Assembly (NCBI GenBank): GCA_026389315.1
Contig: JAPLIC010000036.1
Coordinates: 8,048 to 72,047 of the forward strand
Direction: 5' to 3'
Origin: Cyanobacteriota bacterium
GTDB taxonomy: Bacteria; Cyanobacteriota; Cyanobacteriia; PCC-6307; Cyanobiaceae
DNA length: 64,000 nt
Shown: one piece after another, positions 38,375 to 48,223 of the stretch
Numbering within the stretch: the stretch's first letter is position 1
Layout of the letters: each line of letters begins with the position of its first letter
Position numbers and translations under genes: made by a program
The notes under the pieces: generated by a model
What the model was told of the DNA's origin: nothing
What the model saw: the letters and a program-made list of their open reading frames with translations, nothing else
The model's database searches: none

Positions 38375-40177
38375 ATGTGCGGGATTGCCGGATTGTTGGG
38401 CCGTTCTCCCGGTGGATTCGCCGAACGGGTTCGCCCCCACCTTGACCATCGCGGTCCCGATGACTCAGGGCTTTGGCGTGACGTTTCCGCCTGTTTGGTC
38501 CAGACCAGGCTGGCCATTTTGGACCTCTCTGCTGCGGGTCACCAGCCCATGAAGGCCGCCTGCGGCCGATGGTGGTTGGTCTTCAACGGTGAGATTTACA
38601 ACCATCAGGAGTTGCGCCAGGGACTCCTCCAAGCGGGTGTGCGTTTCCATGGCAATGGAGATACGGAGGTCCTGCTGGCTTGGATGATCCGCTATGGAAT
38701 CGAGGGTCTGCGTGATCTGAGGGGCATGTATGCCTTCTGCCTCTACGACACCCAGGAGCGCCGTGCTCTGCTGGCCCGTGATCCCCATGGCATCAAGCCC
38801 CTTTATTACTGGCGTGGTCCTTCAGGCGAACTTGCTTTTGCCTCAGAACTGCGGGCCCTGCTGGCCAGTGATTTGATGCCCCGCCGCCTGGACCAGGCGG
38901 CCTTGGCCGGGTTTCTCAGTGCTGGCTCTGTTGCGGAGCCGTCCACCCTGGTTGAGGGGGTCTTTCGCCTGCCTGCCGGTGCCGTGGCCCAATGGCACAC
39001 CGGTTCCTTGCAGGTCCATCCCTTTGGCCCCTTGCCCGAGAGCCTGCCGGCTCCCCGTGGGGACTGGACCCAGGCTGGGGCTGTGGCGCTGGCCCGCTCC
39101 GCCTTGGAGGATTCCGTCTCCGCCCACATGGTCAGCGATGTCCGTGTGGGGCTTTTCCTCAGTGGAGGTCTTGATTCTGCTGCAATACTTGCCCTCGCCC
39201 CCCGCGGCCTGCATACCTTCACGATCGGATTCGACGATGCCGGCGCCGCCGGTTTCGATGAATCCGAACCTGCGGCGCAAATTTCTTCCCATTTCGGCGG
39301 CGAGCACACGCTCCTGACGCTCTCCGCGGGCCAGGCGAGGGATTGGTTGCCCGAATTCCTGGCGAGTCAGGATCAGCCTTCTCTCGATGGGTACAACACC
39401 TGGTGCGTCTCCCGCCTCGCCCATGGGCAGGGCTTGAAGGTGGCCCTTTCTGGCCTGGGTGGCGACGAATTGTTTGGGGGTTATCCCAGTTTCCGGGTGG
39501 TTCCGCGACTGCGGCGTTGGCGTCGTCGCCTCGGACCGGCGGGTCCGGTGGGGGCGGCGGTGATGCGCTTCGGGCCTGGCGGCCATCAACATCGGCGTCA
39601 ACGCCTGGCGGACTTGCTGGAGTCGCCTGCGTCGATGGCTAGGGCTTATCGCTGTGTTCGTTCGCTGTTTACCTTGCGGGAGGTGAACCAGCTATTGACC
39701 CATTGGGGCCTCCAGTCTGGAAGCGCTGGGGCGGATCCAGCTCTGCAGGAGCCACCATCAGGTTCCGATCGTGATGCGGTGGCCTGGCTTGAGGGTAGCC
39801 GCTACCTGCGCAACCAGCTTCTGCCCGACAGTGATGTCATGGCGATGGCAGCGGCCCTGGAACTACGGCTTCCCTTTGTCGATGCCCGTCTTCAGACCGC
39901 TCTGGCTCCCATCCCCGCCTCTCTGCGTCTAGCCCCCGGTAAGGGCCTGTTGCAGCAAGCGGTGCCGGAATTGCCCGAATGGTTCAGGCAGCGGCCCAAA
40001 CAGGGTTTTCGTTTCCCGTTTCAGTTATGGCTCGATGATCCATCATCCCGGCTTACTCTGCGCCTGCCAGATACCCCGGCTGGACTGGACCTTGCACCCT
40101 GGTACCGCCGCTGGAGCCTGATGGTGCTTGAGCAATGGCTCCGCCAACACCTTGCGATCGAACTGCCCTTGTCATGA
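38375..40177 (+). CDS. asnB: Asparagine synthase (glutamine-hydrolysing)-type amidotransferase
   Basis: MCGIAG N-terminus, HRGPD, FNGEIYN, GIKPLYY, FLSGGLDS, SGLGGDELFGGY and ELRLPF. Confidence 0.92.
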   Translation: MCGIAGLLGRSPGGFAERVRPHLDHRGPDDSGLWRDVSACLVQTRLAILDLSAAGHQPMKAACGRWWLVFNGEIYNHQELRQGLLQAGVRFHGNGDTEVLLAWMIRYGIEGLRDLRGMYAFCLYDTQERRALLARDPHGIKPLYYWRGPSGELAFASELRALLASDLMPRRLDQAALAGFLSAGSVAEPSTLVEGVFRLPAGAVAQWHTGSLQVHPFGPLPESLPAPRGDWTQAGAVALARSALEDSVSAHMVSDVRVGLFLSGGLDSAAILALAPRGLHTFTIGFDDAGAAGFDESEPAAQISSHFGGEHTLLTLSAGQARDWLPEFLASQDQPSLDGYNTWCVSRLAHGQGLKVALSGLGGDELFGGYPSFRVVPRLRRWRRRLGPAGPVGAAVMRFGPGGHQHRRQRLADLLESPASMARAYRCVRSLFTLREVNQLLTHWGLQSGSAGADPALQEPPSGSDRDAVAWLEGSRYLRNQLLPDSDVMAMAAALELRLPFVDARLQTALAPIPASLRLAPGKGLLQQAVPELPEWFRQRPKQGFRFPFQLWLDDPSSRLTLRLPDTPAGLDLAPWYRRWSLMVLEQWLRQHLAIELPLS

Positions 40178-41928
40178 CCTTGATTCTCGGCATCAATGCT
40201 TTTCACGCCGACGCGGCCGCCGCTTTGATCCGTGATGGCGAGATCCTTGGCGCGGCTGAGGAGGAGCGCTTTCGTCGTATCAAGCATTGGGCGGGATTTC
40301 CCAGTGAGACCATCCGTTGGTGTTTGGAGGATGGGGGTGTGCGCCTTGAAGACGTCGATCACATCGCTATCAATTCCTTCCCAGGAGCCCATCGTTGGCG
40401 CAAGATCGCATACACACTGGCCAGCCGTCCCGATCCTCGTTTCCTCTGGAGCCGCTGGCGCAATAAACGGGAACGGTCGGGTCTCGCCCAGCAACTCGCA
40501 ACCGCATTTCCCGGTCAGCATTTGCGCGCCGAACTCCATTTCATCGAACACCACCGTGCCCATCTGGCTTCGGCCTATTACGCCTCTTCTTTTGAGGAGG
40601 CCGCTGTGGTTTCTGTCGATGGTTTTGGCGATTTCGCCAGCGGAGCCTGGGGTTATGGTATTGGTACGGAATTAACCATTGATGGCCATATTTATTTTCC
40701 CCACTCCTTGGGTGCTTTCTATACGGCAATTACCCAGTTTCTAGGCTTTCCAAACTATGGTGATGAATACAAGGTCATGGGCCTTGCCCCCTATGGCCAG
40801 CCCAGTTGGCTTCCCCAGATGAGGCGGTTGGTGAGGTTGCAGGACGATGGTACTTACAACCTCGATCTGACCTACTTCCAGCATGCTGGCCAGAATTTGC
40901 CCCACCAATGGAGCCACGGCATCCCCGAGGTGGGCCGCCATTGGAGTCCGGCTTTGGAAAACCTGCTGGGACCGGCCCGTAGATCGGACCAGCCCCTCGA
41001 TCAACGCCATAAGGACATCGCCCGATCGGCGCAAGCGATGTATGAAGAAGCGTTTTTTCACCTCTTGCGTTCGCTGCATCGACTCCATCCCAGCGACAAC
41101 CTCTGTATTGCCGGGGGTTGTGGGGCCAATTCGGTGGCCAATGGCAAGGTGACCGTGGCCACCCCCTTTCGCCATGTCTACGTGCAGGCGGCTGCCGGGG
41201 ACGCAGGCGGCGCCTTGGGAGCGGCTCTTGAAGTATGGAATCGTCAGGGCCAAGCCTCTCGCAGTCGCCCTATGGCCACGGCCTATCTGGGCAGTCGTCC
41301 TACCCCAGGGGCCATCGAGACACTGCTTGCGGAACCCGCCTCAAATGCGGCTCTGGCAGCTGCGGGTTGTTCCATCCAGACTCTCTCGGATGGGCAGATT
41401 TGCTCTGCAGTGGCTGGCGCCATCAGTGAGGGACTTGTGATCGGCTGGTTTCAAGGCAGGATGGAGTGGGGTCCCAGGGCCCTTGGTCACCGCTCAATCC
41501 TGGGGGATCCGCGCCGGGCCGACATGAAGGACATCCTCAATCTCAAGATCAAACGACGCGAGTCGTTCCGCCCCTTTGCCCCCTCGGTCCTTCGGGAAGC
41601 TGTTTCGGAATGGTTCAGTCTTGATGGCGATGTGCCGTTCATGATGCAGGTGTATCCGATCCGGGAGGACAAGCGTCCCCTGATCCCGGCTGTCACCCAT
41701 GTCGATGGCACGGGGCGCTTGCAGACGGTGACGGAGGCCGATAACGGGCGCTATTACCGCTTAATTCGCGCCTTCCGTGATATCACGGGAGTGCCGATGG
41801 TTCTGAACACTTCATTTAATGAAAACGAACCGATTGTCTGTACCCCTTCCCAGGCTCTCGATTGTTTTCTACGAACTAAAATGGATCTTCTAGTTCTCGA
41901 TGATGTATTGATTCGCCGGCGCGGCTAA
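40174..41928 (+). CDS. O-carbamoyltransferase (NodU/CmcH family)
   Basis: HADAAA, EEERF, EHHRAH, EYKVMGLAPYG, GPRALGHRSI, KRRESFRPFAP and LNTSFN. Confidence 0.94.
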   Translation: MTLILGINAFHADAAAALIRDGEILGAAEEERFRRIKHWAGFPSETIRWCLEDGGVRLEDVDHIAINSFPGAHRWRKIAYTLASRPDPRFLWSRWRNKRERSGLAQQLATAFPGQHLRAELHFIEHHRAHLASAYYASSFEEAAVVSVDGFGDFASGAWGYGIGTELTIDGHIYFPHSLGAFYTAITQFLGFPNYGDEYKVMGLAPYGQPSWLPQMRRLVRLQDDGTYNLDLTYFQHAGQNLPHQWSHGIPEVGRHWSPALENLLGPARRSDQPLDQRHKDIARSAQAMYEEAFFHLLRSLHRLHPSDNLCIAGGCGANSVANGKVTVATPFRHVYVQAAAGDAGGALGAALEVWNRQGQASRSRPMATAYLGSRPTPGAIETLLAEPASNAALAAAGCSIQTLSDGQICSAVAGAISEGLVIGWFQGRMEWGPRALGHRSILGDPRRADMKDILNLKIKRRESFRPFAPSVLREAVSEWFSLDGDVPFMMQVYPIREDKRPLIPAVTHVDGTGRLQTVTEADNGRYYRLIRAFRDITGVPMVLNTSFNENEPIVCTPSQALDCFLRTKMDLLVLDDVLIRRRG

Positions 41929-42749
41929 TGTCGTCGTCTACTGGATTTGCCTCTACCTCGATTGTTGTCGTTGTACCCACCCTCGATTCCTTTGAATTGC
42001 TGCCTCGGTTGGTTGCCTCTTTACAACAACAGACTTGGCCCTATTGGAGCGTCTTTTTTATCGATGGTCCCAGTCTTCCTGTTCACCGCCGCTGGATCGA
42101 GGATCTCTGTTTCCTTGATCCCCGCTTTCAATGGCGCCCTCAGGATCCAACGGAGTCGGGCATCTTCGGGGCCATGAATCAAGGTTTCGCCCTGGCGACC
42201 CATCCGGACGTATGGCTGTTGTTCTGGGGGAGTGATGACTGGGCAGCCTCTCCCCAGGTTTTCGAGATATTGGTCAGGTTCCTCCAGGCGGCCTGGAGTC
42301 GGGGCGGCGATCCCGGTCTCATGGTTGCCACGGGTCGCTATGTCAAGATCACTGATGTTGACGGTACAACTACTCCAACCCTAGGGCGCCGCAGTGAATT
42401 TAGCTGGCGTCACTCCTATCGCCGCTCTCTTTTTCTCGGCTCCACGCCACCCCATCAAGCCACCCTTATCGGCCCAGGAGCCCGTCATCACCTGGCACGC
42501 TATGCGGACGGCTTTCGGCTCTCAGCCGATCTTGATTACTTTCTCCAGCTTTCACGCTGGCCCGATCTGGAGGTCGAATGCGTGGACCTTGAACTAGTTC
42601 ACATGCAGTCGGGAGGGGTGAGCGGGCGTGAATCGCGACGACGTTTTCAGGAGGTGCGCCTTGCCTATCGCCGTGCCTTTGGTTGGCTTTGGTGGCTGCC
42701 CTACGGATTGCGCTATGCCCAACGTTTGGCCAGCCTGTTCAGACCATGA
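41928..42749 (+). CDS. Glycosyltransferase family 2
   Basis: VVVPTLDS, GIFGAMNQG, WGSDD, PPHQA and ADLDY. Confidence 0.88.
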   Translation: MSSSTGFASTSIVVVVPTLDSFELLPRLVASLQQQTWPYWSVFFIDGPSLPVHRRWIEDLCFLDPRFQWRPQDPTESGIFGAMNQGFALATHPDVWLLFWGSDDWAASPQVFEILVRFLQAAWSRGGDPGLMVATGRYVKITDVDGTTTPTLGRRSEFSWRHSYRRSLFLGSTPPHQATLIGPGARHHLARYADGFRLSADLDYFLQLSRWPDLEVECVDLELVHMQSGGVSGRESRRRFQEVRLAYRRAFGWLWWLPYGLRYAQRLASLFRP

Positions 42750-43636
42750 GTGATGTTCTGCTCTTCGGCGCCACCAGCCCATCGGGTCTGGCTTTCCTTC
42801 AGGGAGCGGGTTCCCTGTCGGTGACGGTGGCCGGCCGGCGTCGGCCGGAAGGCTTAGCCGATGGGTCCTTCCAGCTTTGTGACCTGCGGGCGGCCGACTC
42901 CCTTGAACATCCCCTTGACGGAATTTTGGTGAGTTTTGCGCCCCTCTGGGATCTCGCTCCTTTCCTGGCGAGGTTGGCGGAGCAGCGCCCGGGGCAACTC
43001 GCCGCAGTCAGGGGTGTTGTTGCCTGTTCTTCCTCTTCGGTGATCACAAAACGCTTTGCCTTCAACAGCTTCGATCGCGATTTGGTGCAGCGTCTGAGCG
43101 CTTCTCAGGATAGTTTGATCCGTACCTGTAATGATCTGGGACTGCCCTGCACGATTGTTGCACCGACCTTGATCTATGGCCGTGTCGGGGACCATGGCGA
43201 CCGCAACCTCAGTCAGCTGCTGCAATGGATGCGTAGATTTCCACTGTTGCCCTTACCGGCCGACACCGGCTTACGCCAGCCCATCCACGCCAGTCAGCTG
43301 GCAGCTGTGGTTCGAACACTCGTCATGGCCTTGGTTCGCCAAACCGACGCAGCTCCGACGAGTGAGATAATCGCGGTAGGGGGAGATGACACTCTTACCT
43401 ATCACGAACTACTGCTACGTCTACAACAACAATGTGAAGCGTCTGATCGGGCCCGGGGCTGTCGACTAGTCTCTATGCCCAGCTTGCTGTTCCGTGTTTT
43501 GGCGGCCCCCCTGCTGTTGGCGACGCCCAAAGGCTTCGAAGCTGTGATGCGAATGCAAGTTGATCTTGCCGGTTTCCTCCCTTCCCACCGATTGGTTGGT
43601 GAGGATCCGCGACCTTTCCCAGTGCTGCCTGTTTAG
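42746..43636 (+). CDS. Atypical NAD-dependent epimerase/reductase (extended SDR)
   Basis: LFGATSPSG, PTLIYG and GLRQPIHA; no canonical YxxxK. Confidence 0.75.
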   Translation: MSDVLLFGATSPSGLAFLQGAGSLSVTVAGRRRPEGLADGSFQLCDLRAADSLEHPLDGILVSFAPLWDLAPFLARLAEQRPGQLAAVRGVVACSSSSVITKRFAFNSFDRDLVQRLSASQDSLIRTCNDLGLPCTIVAPTLIYGRVGDHGDRNLSQLLQWMRRFPLLPLPADTGLRQPIHASQLAAVVRTLVMALVRQTDAAPTSEIIAVGGDDTLTYHELLLRLQQQCEASDRARGCRLVSMPSLLFRVLAAPLLLATPKGFEAVMRMQVDLAGFLPSHRLVGEDPRPFPVLPV

Positions 43637-43638
43637 CG

Positions 43639-44217
43639 TTGAGGCGTGTCTTCTTCCTGCGTAGGCTGTTACCAGGCTTGGGGCTGGGATTCCTCCTCCT
43701 GTGGTTATGGCCCCGAAGTCCCATGCCTACAACAGCAGGCGGGCCCCAGGTCATCACCGTTTTTGTCGAAGACCCCTGGCGAACATTCAGCGCCATCCAA
43801 CTACACCAAAAGCGACCGGGCTCCATTCTTGTTATGCAAGGATCCCCACGATATCAAGAGATTAATCACAGTCAACTTGTGCGCTATGGGCAGTGGCCGC
43901 CTAAGATGAAGCCTCCCGTGATTCTCACCGCAGGTTGTGACACGTTTGGTCAGTTGATTACTCTCGCGCTCTGGTTGAAACAGCAACCAGACCATGGGGA
44001 TGTGACCATTGTTACCAGTCCGGCCCATCTGGGACGGGCCCTGGCGATTGGACGCATCGTTTTGGGCTCTCTGGGGTGGTCGGTTTCCGGGGTCGCCGCT
44101 GCCACGGGAGATAATCGGCCCGAAACACCCTTGCGAACACTCCGTGACCAGGTCCGCGCCCAGATCTGGCGCACTACCCTTTGGAATCCCATTTCTGTGA
44201 ATCGTCCCTGTCTGTGA
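43639..44217 (+). CDS. YdcF/ElyC (DUF218)-like protein
   Basis: N-terminal TM; CDTFGQ and IVTSPAHLGRA resemble the DUF218 'VTSxxHxxRA' motif. Confidence 0.65.
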   Translation: MRRVFFLRRLLPGLGLGFLLLWLWPRSPMPTTAGGPQVITVFVEDPWRTFSAIQLHQKRPGSILVMQGSPRYQEINHSQLVRYGQWPPKMKPPVILTAGCDTFGQLITLALWLKQQPDHGDVTIVTSPAHLGRALAIGRIVLGSLGWSVSGVAAATGDNRPETPLRTLRDQVRAQIWRTTLWNPISVNRPCL

Positions 44218-45143
44218 GCTTAACCGTTGCGCTGCTTTTGTTCCTTTCGGGCTTTCTGTCCTGGATGTTGCTTTGGTGGCTCGTACCGGTGCTGAGACAG
44301 CGCCTTCCTGACCTTCCAAATGCCCGCAGTTCGCATAGGTCCCCGACTCCTCGCGGGGGCGGCCTGGCCTTTGTTGTTGTGGCAACTTTGTTGACTCCGT
44401 TGTATGCACAGGGGGCCACGGCTTGGATTCCAGTGGTTTGCGCACCACTGGCCCTGGTTGGAATTCTGGACGACCGATTTAATTTACCAGCTTTATGGCG
44501 TTATGTGGCTCAACTCTTAACAGCACTTGCTCTCATGGCAATGACATCTTTGTCTTTGCCCTTGTGGAGCCTGCCCTTTGTGCTATTAGCGGTGACCGCA
44601 ATTATCAATTTTTTCAATTTTATGGATGGCCTGGACGGCCTTGTGGCGAGTTGTGCTGCTGTGTTGATGTTGGCATCGGGGCAATGGGTTCTTGCCGGTG
44701 CACTATTGGGATTTTTGCTATGGAATTGGAGTCCGGCCCGAGTTTTTATGGGTGATGTGGGGAGCACATACTTAGGAGCGATTTTTGCAGGGCTAGTCCT
44801 CCAGAGACCCGAACCCCTTCAATCCCTACTGTTTTTATTGGTTGCCACTCCCCTGTTGGCTGATGCCTTTGTCTGTGTCTTGAGACGTTGGCACGCTGGC
44901 CAGCAGATCTTTCAGCCCCATCGCTTGCATCTTTACCAACGTCTTCACAGCGCTGGTTGGCCCCATGCCTCGGTGAGTTTCCTTTATTTGCTCCAGACCT
45001 CTTTGTTGTCTGTTGGTTTTTTCTTCGCTCTTCCTCTGCCAAGCATGTTAGGAGCCGTGTTTATGGTGCTTTGGCTTGGATTTTGGCTTGACCAAAAACA
45101 AGCATCATCATTTTCTGGTGCAGTTAAAAACAAAGCGTGCTAA
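44214..45143 (+). CDS. Initiating polyprenyl-phosphate HexNAc-1-P transferase (WecA/WbpL, MraY superfamily)
   Basis: RSSHRSPTPRGGG, GILDD, NFFNFMDGLDGL, FMGDVGS and HRLHLYQRL. Confidence 0.93.
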   Translation: MSLTVALLLFLSGFLSWMLLWWLVPVLRQRLPDLPNARSSHRSPTPRGGGLAFVVVATLLTPLYAQGATAWIPVVCAPLALVGILDDRFNLPALWRYVAQLLTALALMAMTSLSLPLWSLPFVLLAVTAIINFFNFMDGLDGLVASCAAVLMLASGQWVLAGALLGFLLWNWSPARVFMGDVGSTYLGAIFAGLVLQRPEPLQSLLFLLVATPLLADAFVCVLRRWHAGQQIFQPHRLHLYQRLHSAGWPHASVSFLYLLQTSLLSVGFFFALPLPSMLGAVFMVLWLGFWLDQKQASSFSGAVKNKAC

Positions 45144-45233
45144 AGTGTCGTTCATATGATTTTTCCATCGAGCCTTTTCTTCGGCCAATCCTTTTTAATA
45201 TACGATTTTGCCTTGAGCACATGTATAAATTAT

Positions 45234-45263
45234 TTCAGACACTAATATCCATTGTTTTATAAT
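45234..45263 (+). promoter_or_regulatory. Candidate sigma70-type promoter upstream of the wbpM-like/exosortase block
   Basis: Perfect TATAAT at 45258-45263 and a weak TTCAGA 18 bp upstream, in an AT-rich 163 bp gap where chance matches are likely. Confidence 0.3.
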
Positions 45264-45306
45264 ACAAATAACAGGCATTTGTCAATTTTATTAATCAAAC
45301 GCATCA

Positions 45307-47289
45307 ATGATCCCCATGGCCTTCAACTTTCGCCCCCAACCAGTCCAGCAGCTAGAGTTGCCTGATATCTCGTTTCCGTCCAAGTCACCTTTTCCCCAAA
45401 TTCGTTTGCTCAAGTCTTCTAAATCTTTGGTCCTGCTGCGACGTTTGGTTCTGCTCGGCTTTGACAGCCTATTAATTGTTATTGCATTTCTTGGTTCACT
45501 GCTTTTAGTCAGGTCGGCTGATACACTTTTTTTGGCCACATCTAAACTGCTTGCTCTAGCAGTTGTGAGTGGACTTTCAATCTTACTCCTTTCGGGCTGG
45601 TATCGAGGATTAACGCGCTACACAGGAAGTCATTCTTTATATGGATTAATTCCAAGGACTGGGTCTATGGTCCTTTTAATGATGGCTTTCAGTTATATAT
45701 TAGATATTAAGTTGCCAATTGGTTCCTGGTTTTTGTACTGGACTTTTTTTACTGGTGGAGCTATCGCTACTCGAATTGTGATGCGTGACTTACTAATACA
45801 GCAATTATCTAGACAAAATTTTATTGGAACTCCTGAACTTGGTAGCAATATAACTATGATTTATGGTGCGGGTTCTTTCGGAATGGAGTTGTTTAAGTCC
45901 CTTCGTAATGACCCAAGATTTCGTATAATCGGTTTTTTAGATGATGATTCCCTTCTTCATGGTCGAACCCTCCAGAACTTACGCATAGATAATCCGGCTC
46001 GGTTACCAAAACTCATAGAAGGTTACAAGATAAGCAAAATTCTATTAGCCTTGCCATCATTATCACGAGCCCGAAAACGTTTATTAGTTGACCAGCTAAC
46101 TCATTCTGGGCTTGAGGTTCTTTCGATTCCCTCCTTAGCACAGTTAGCTGGAAACGAGAGAATTGTCAGCGATCTCCAAACAGTTGCTATTGAGGACTTG
46201 CTGGGGCGTGAACCTTCTAATCCAAACCCGAGTCTTCTCGAAGCAAGTGTTTCGGGAAAAGTAGTCCTCGTAACCGGGGCAGGAGGCTCGATCGGTAGCG
46301 AGCTTTGTCGTCAGATCATTTCATTGGGGGCATCGAAATTGCTTTTGCTTGAGCAAAATGAATTTACTCTTTATTCTATAGATAATGAGCTTCGCTCCAA
46401 AAATAAAAAAATTCCTATTCATCCTGTGCTTGGCGATGTCAGTAATTCAAAGGCTTTAATAGCAATTTGTCTTAAACATAATGTACAAACTTTGTTCCAC
46501 GCTGCAGCCTATAAGCATGTTCCTATGGTTGAGTCGAATATTTGTGCTGGAGTTGCTAATAATATTCGTTCGACTACATCAGTTATTGAAGCTGTCCTTG
46601 TAGCAGGAGTTGAAAGGCTTACGCTTATTTCTACAGACAAAGCAGTTAGACCTACCAATGCTATGGGAGCCAGCAAGCGAATTTGTGAAATGATGATCCA
46701 ATCTGCTGCTTCTTCTTGTGGGCCTGATGGTCCTGTATTGGCTATGGTGAGATTTGGTAATGTGCTGGGATCTTCTGGATCAGTGATTCCATTGTTCCAT
46801 AAACAAATCTCCAGTGGTGGCCCCGTCACTGTTACCCATCCTGCGGTCACACGCTTTTTTATGACAATCCCTGAAGCTGTTCAATTAGTATTACAAGCTA
46901 CTGGTATGGCCAAAGGAGGTGACCTCTTTCTCCTTGACATGGGAGAACCTGTTAGGATAGCTGATCTTGCCCGTCAAATGATAGAATTATCTGGTTTACG
47001 ATTGCGAGACGAGAATAATCCTGATGGAGATATTCGAATTGAATATACAGGACTTAGACCTGGTGAAAAATTGTATGAAGAACTTTTGATCACCACGCGA
47101 GACCAACCAACTGAGCATCCTTTGATCCGGCGAGCTTTTGAACCGAGTCTCTCCGATTATGATCTAAAATCTCTCTTAAAAGAACTTGAAGATGCTCTCA
47201 GTCGCTGGGATGAAAAGGATACCTCCGACTTGCTACAGAGACTAGTGCCAGAGTATCATCGAGAGAACCATTTGCATGATTCTAACTAA
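45307..47289 (+). CDS. Membrane-anchored UDP-GlcNAc 4,6-dehydratase (WbpM/PglF/CapD family)
   Basis: Four N-terminal TMs; EDLLGR, TGAGGSIGSEL, HAAAYKHVP, STDKAVRPTNAMGASK, VRFGNVLGSSGSV and GLRPGEKLYEEL. Confidence 0.95.
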   Translation: MIPMAFNFRPQPVQQLELPDISFPSKSPFPQIRLLKSSKSLVLLRRLVLLGFDSLLIVIAFLGSLLLVRSADTLFLATSKLLALAVVSGLSILLLSGWYRGLTRYTGSHSLYGLIPRTGSMVLLMMAFSYILDIKLPIGSWFLYWTFFTGGAIATRIVMRDLLIQQLSRQNFIGTPELGSNITMIYGAGSFGMELFKSLRNDPRFRIIGFLDDDSLLHGRTLQNLRIDNPARLPKLIEGYKISKILLALPSLSRARKRLLVDQLTHSGLEVLSIPSLAQLAGNERIVSDLQTVAIEDLLGREPSNPNPSLLEASVSGKVVLVTGAGGSIGSELCRQIISLGASKLLLLEQNEFTLYSIDNELRSKNKKIPIHPVLGDVSNSKALIAICLKHNVQTLFHAAAYKHVPMVESNICAGVANNIRSTTSVIEAVLVAGVERLTLISTDKAVRPTNAMGASKRICEMMIQSAASSCGPDGPVLAMVRFGNVLGSSGSVIPLFHKQISSGGPVTVTHPAVTRFFMTIPEAVQLVLQATGMAKGGDLFLLDMGEPVRIADLARQMIELSGLRLRDENNPDGDIRIEYTGLRPGEKLYEELLITTRDQPTEHPLIRRAFEPSLSDYDLKSLLKELEDALSRWDEKDTSDLLQRLVPEYHRENHLHDSN

Positions 47290-47290
47290 A

Positions 47291-48223
47291 ATGGACTTTT
47301 CCTCATTGCCAAACTTCCTTACATCACTCTGGGATCGTTATATTCCACCACTCACTGCGCGTAACCTTTGGTTGTTTATCGCAGGTGCTGTTGCAACTCA
47401 GAATATTGCTGTGTTTTATACCAGTCAGAATGAAGCAGCGAGCATACTTGCTGTTTTAATTTGGGGTGGCGCACTTATTTGCATGGAAGAACTTATTGAA
47501 CAATTGCATCCAAAGCCAAATACTATAGCAGCTATTTTTGCTTCGATGATATTGTTGTTTGTATTGATGAGAACTTCACTTATCTTAAATTCTGATGGAG
47601 TAATTTTTATATTACCACTATTTGCTGCAATTGCTCTTCTTCTTCTAATTGAAAAGCCGCAATTTATTTTTAGATTTAGAGATTCTTTGTTGTGTATGTT
47701 ATTATTTCCTGCTAATGCTCTGCTCAATCGCATAATACCTGAAGTACCCATGAGTCTACTGACTGCAAAACTTGCAGCTTTTTGGTTGTCTATTTTAGGA
47801 TTAGATCCAATGGTTAACGGGCGAGAAGTTTTTCTCAAAGGCGGAGGTGTACATGTTTTAGGCGCTTGCAATGGACTTGATATGATCGCACAGGTTATTT
47901 GCATTTCTGTTATCTTTTTGCTTGCTTTCCGCTTGCGATCAATATCCTCACGATTTATAATTCTTATTGTCGCACCCCTGATCGGATTAATTTCTAATAC
48001 TATCCGCATTGCTTTGCTTACTATCTTTAGTGCCAATGGATCCGGGCATGGATATGGGTTCTGGTTTGATTTCTTCCACAAGGATACGGGATCTTTGATT
48101 TTTTCAGGCTTAGCTGTTTTTATTTTTGGTACTATTTATATGAGATTTCTCGAACACGAACTTGGACCTCAATCCTTAGTCGTTGAACCAAGCTCTGATT
48201 CAACCTCCAATCAAGACATATGA
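47291..48223 (+). CDS. Exosortase-family transpeptidase, probably cyanoexosortase A
   Basis: About 8 TM segments with the exosortase triad: Cys in GACNGLD (47867), Arg in SNTIRIALL (48005), His in FDFFHKDTG (48077). Alternative start at 47276. Confidence 0.85.
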   Translation: MDFSSLPNFLTSLWDRYIPPLTARNLWLFIAGAVATQNIAVFYTSQNEAASILAVLIWGGALICMEELIEQLHPKPNTIAAIFASMILLFVLMRTSLILNSDGVIFILPLFAAIALLLLIEKPQFIFRFRDSLLCMLLFPANALLNRIIPEVPMSLLTAKLAAFWLSILGLDPMVNGREVFLKGGGVHVLGACNGLDMIAQVICISVIFLLAFRLRSISSRFIILIVAPLIGLISNTIRIALLTIFSANGSGHGYGFWFDFFHKDTGSLIFSGLAVFIFGTIYMRFLEHELGPQSLVVEPSSDSTSNQDI

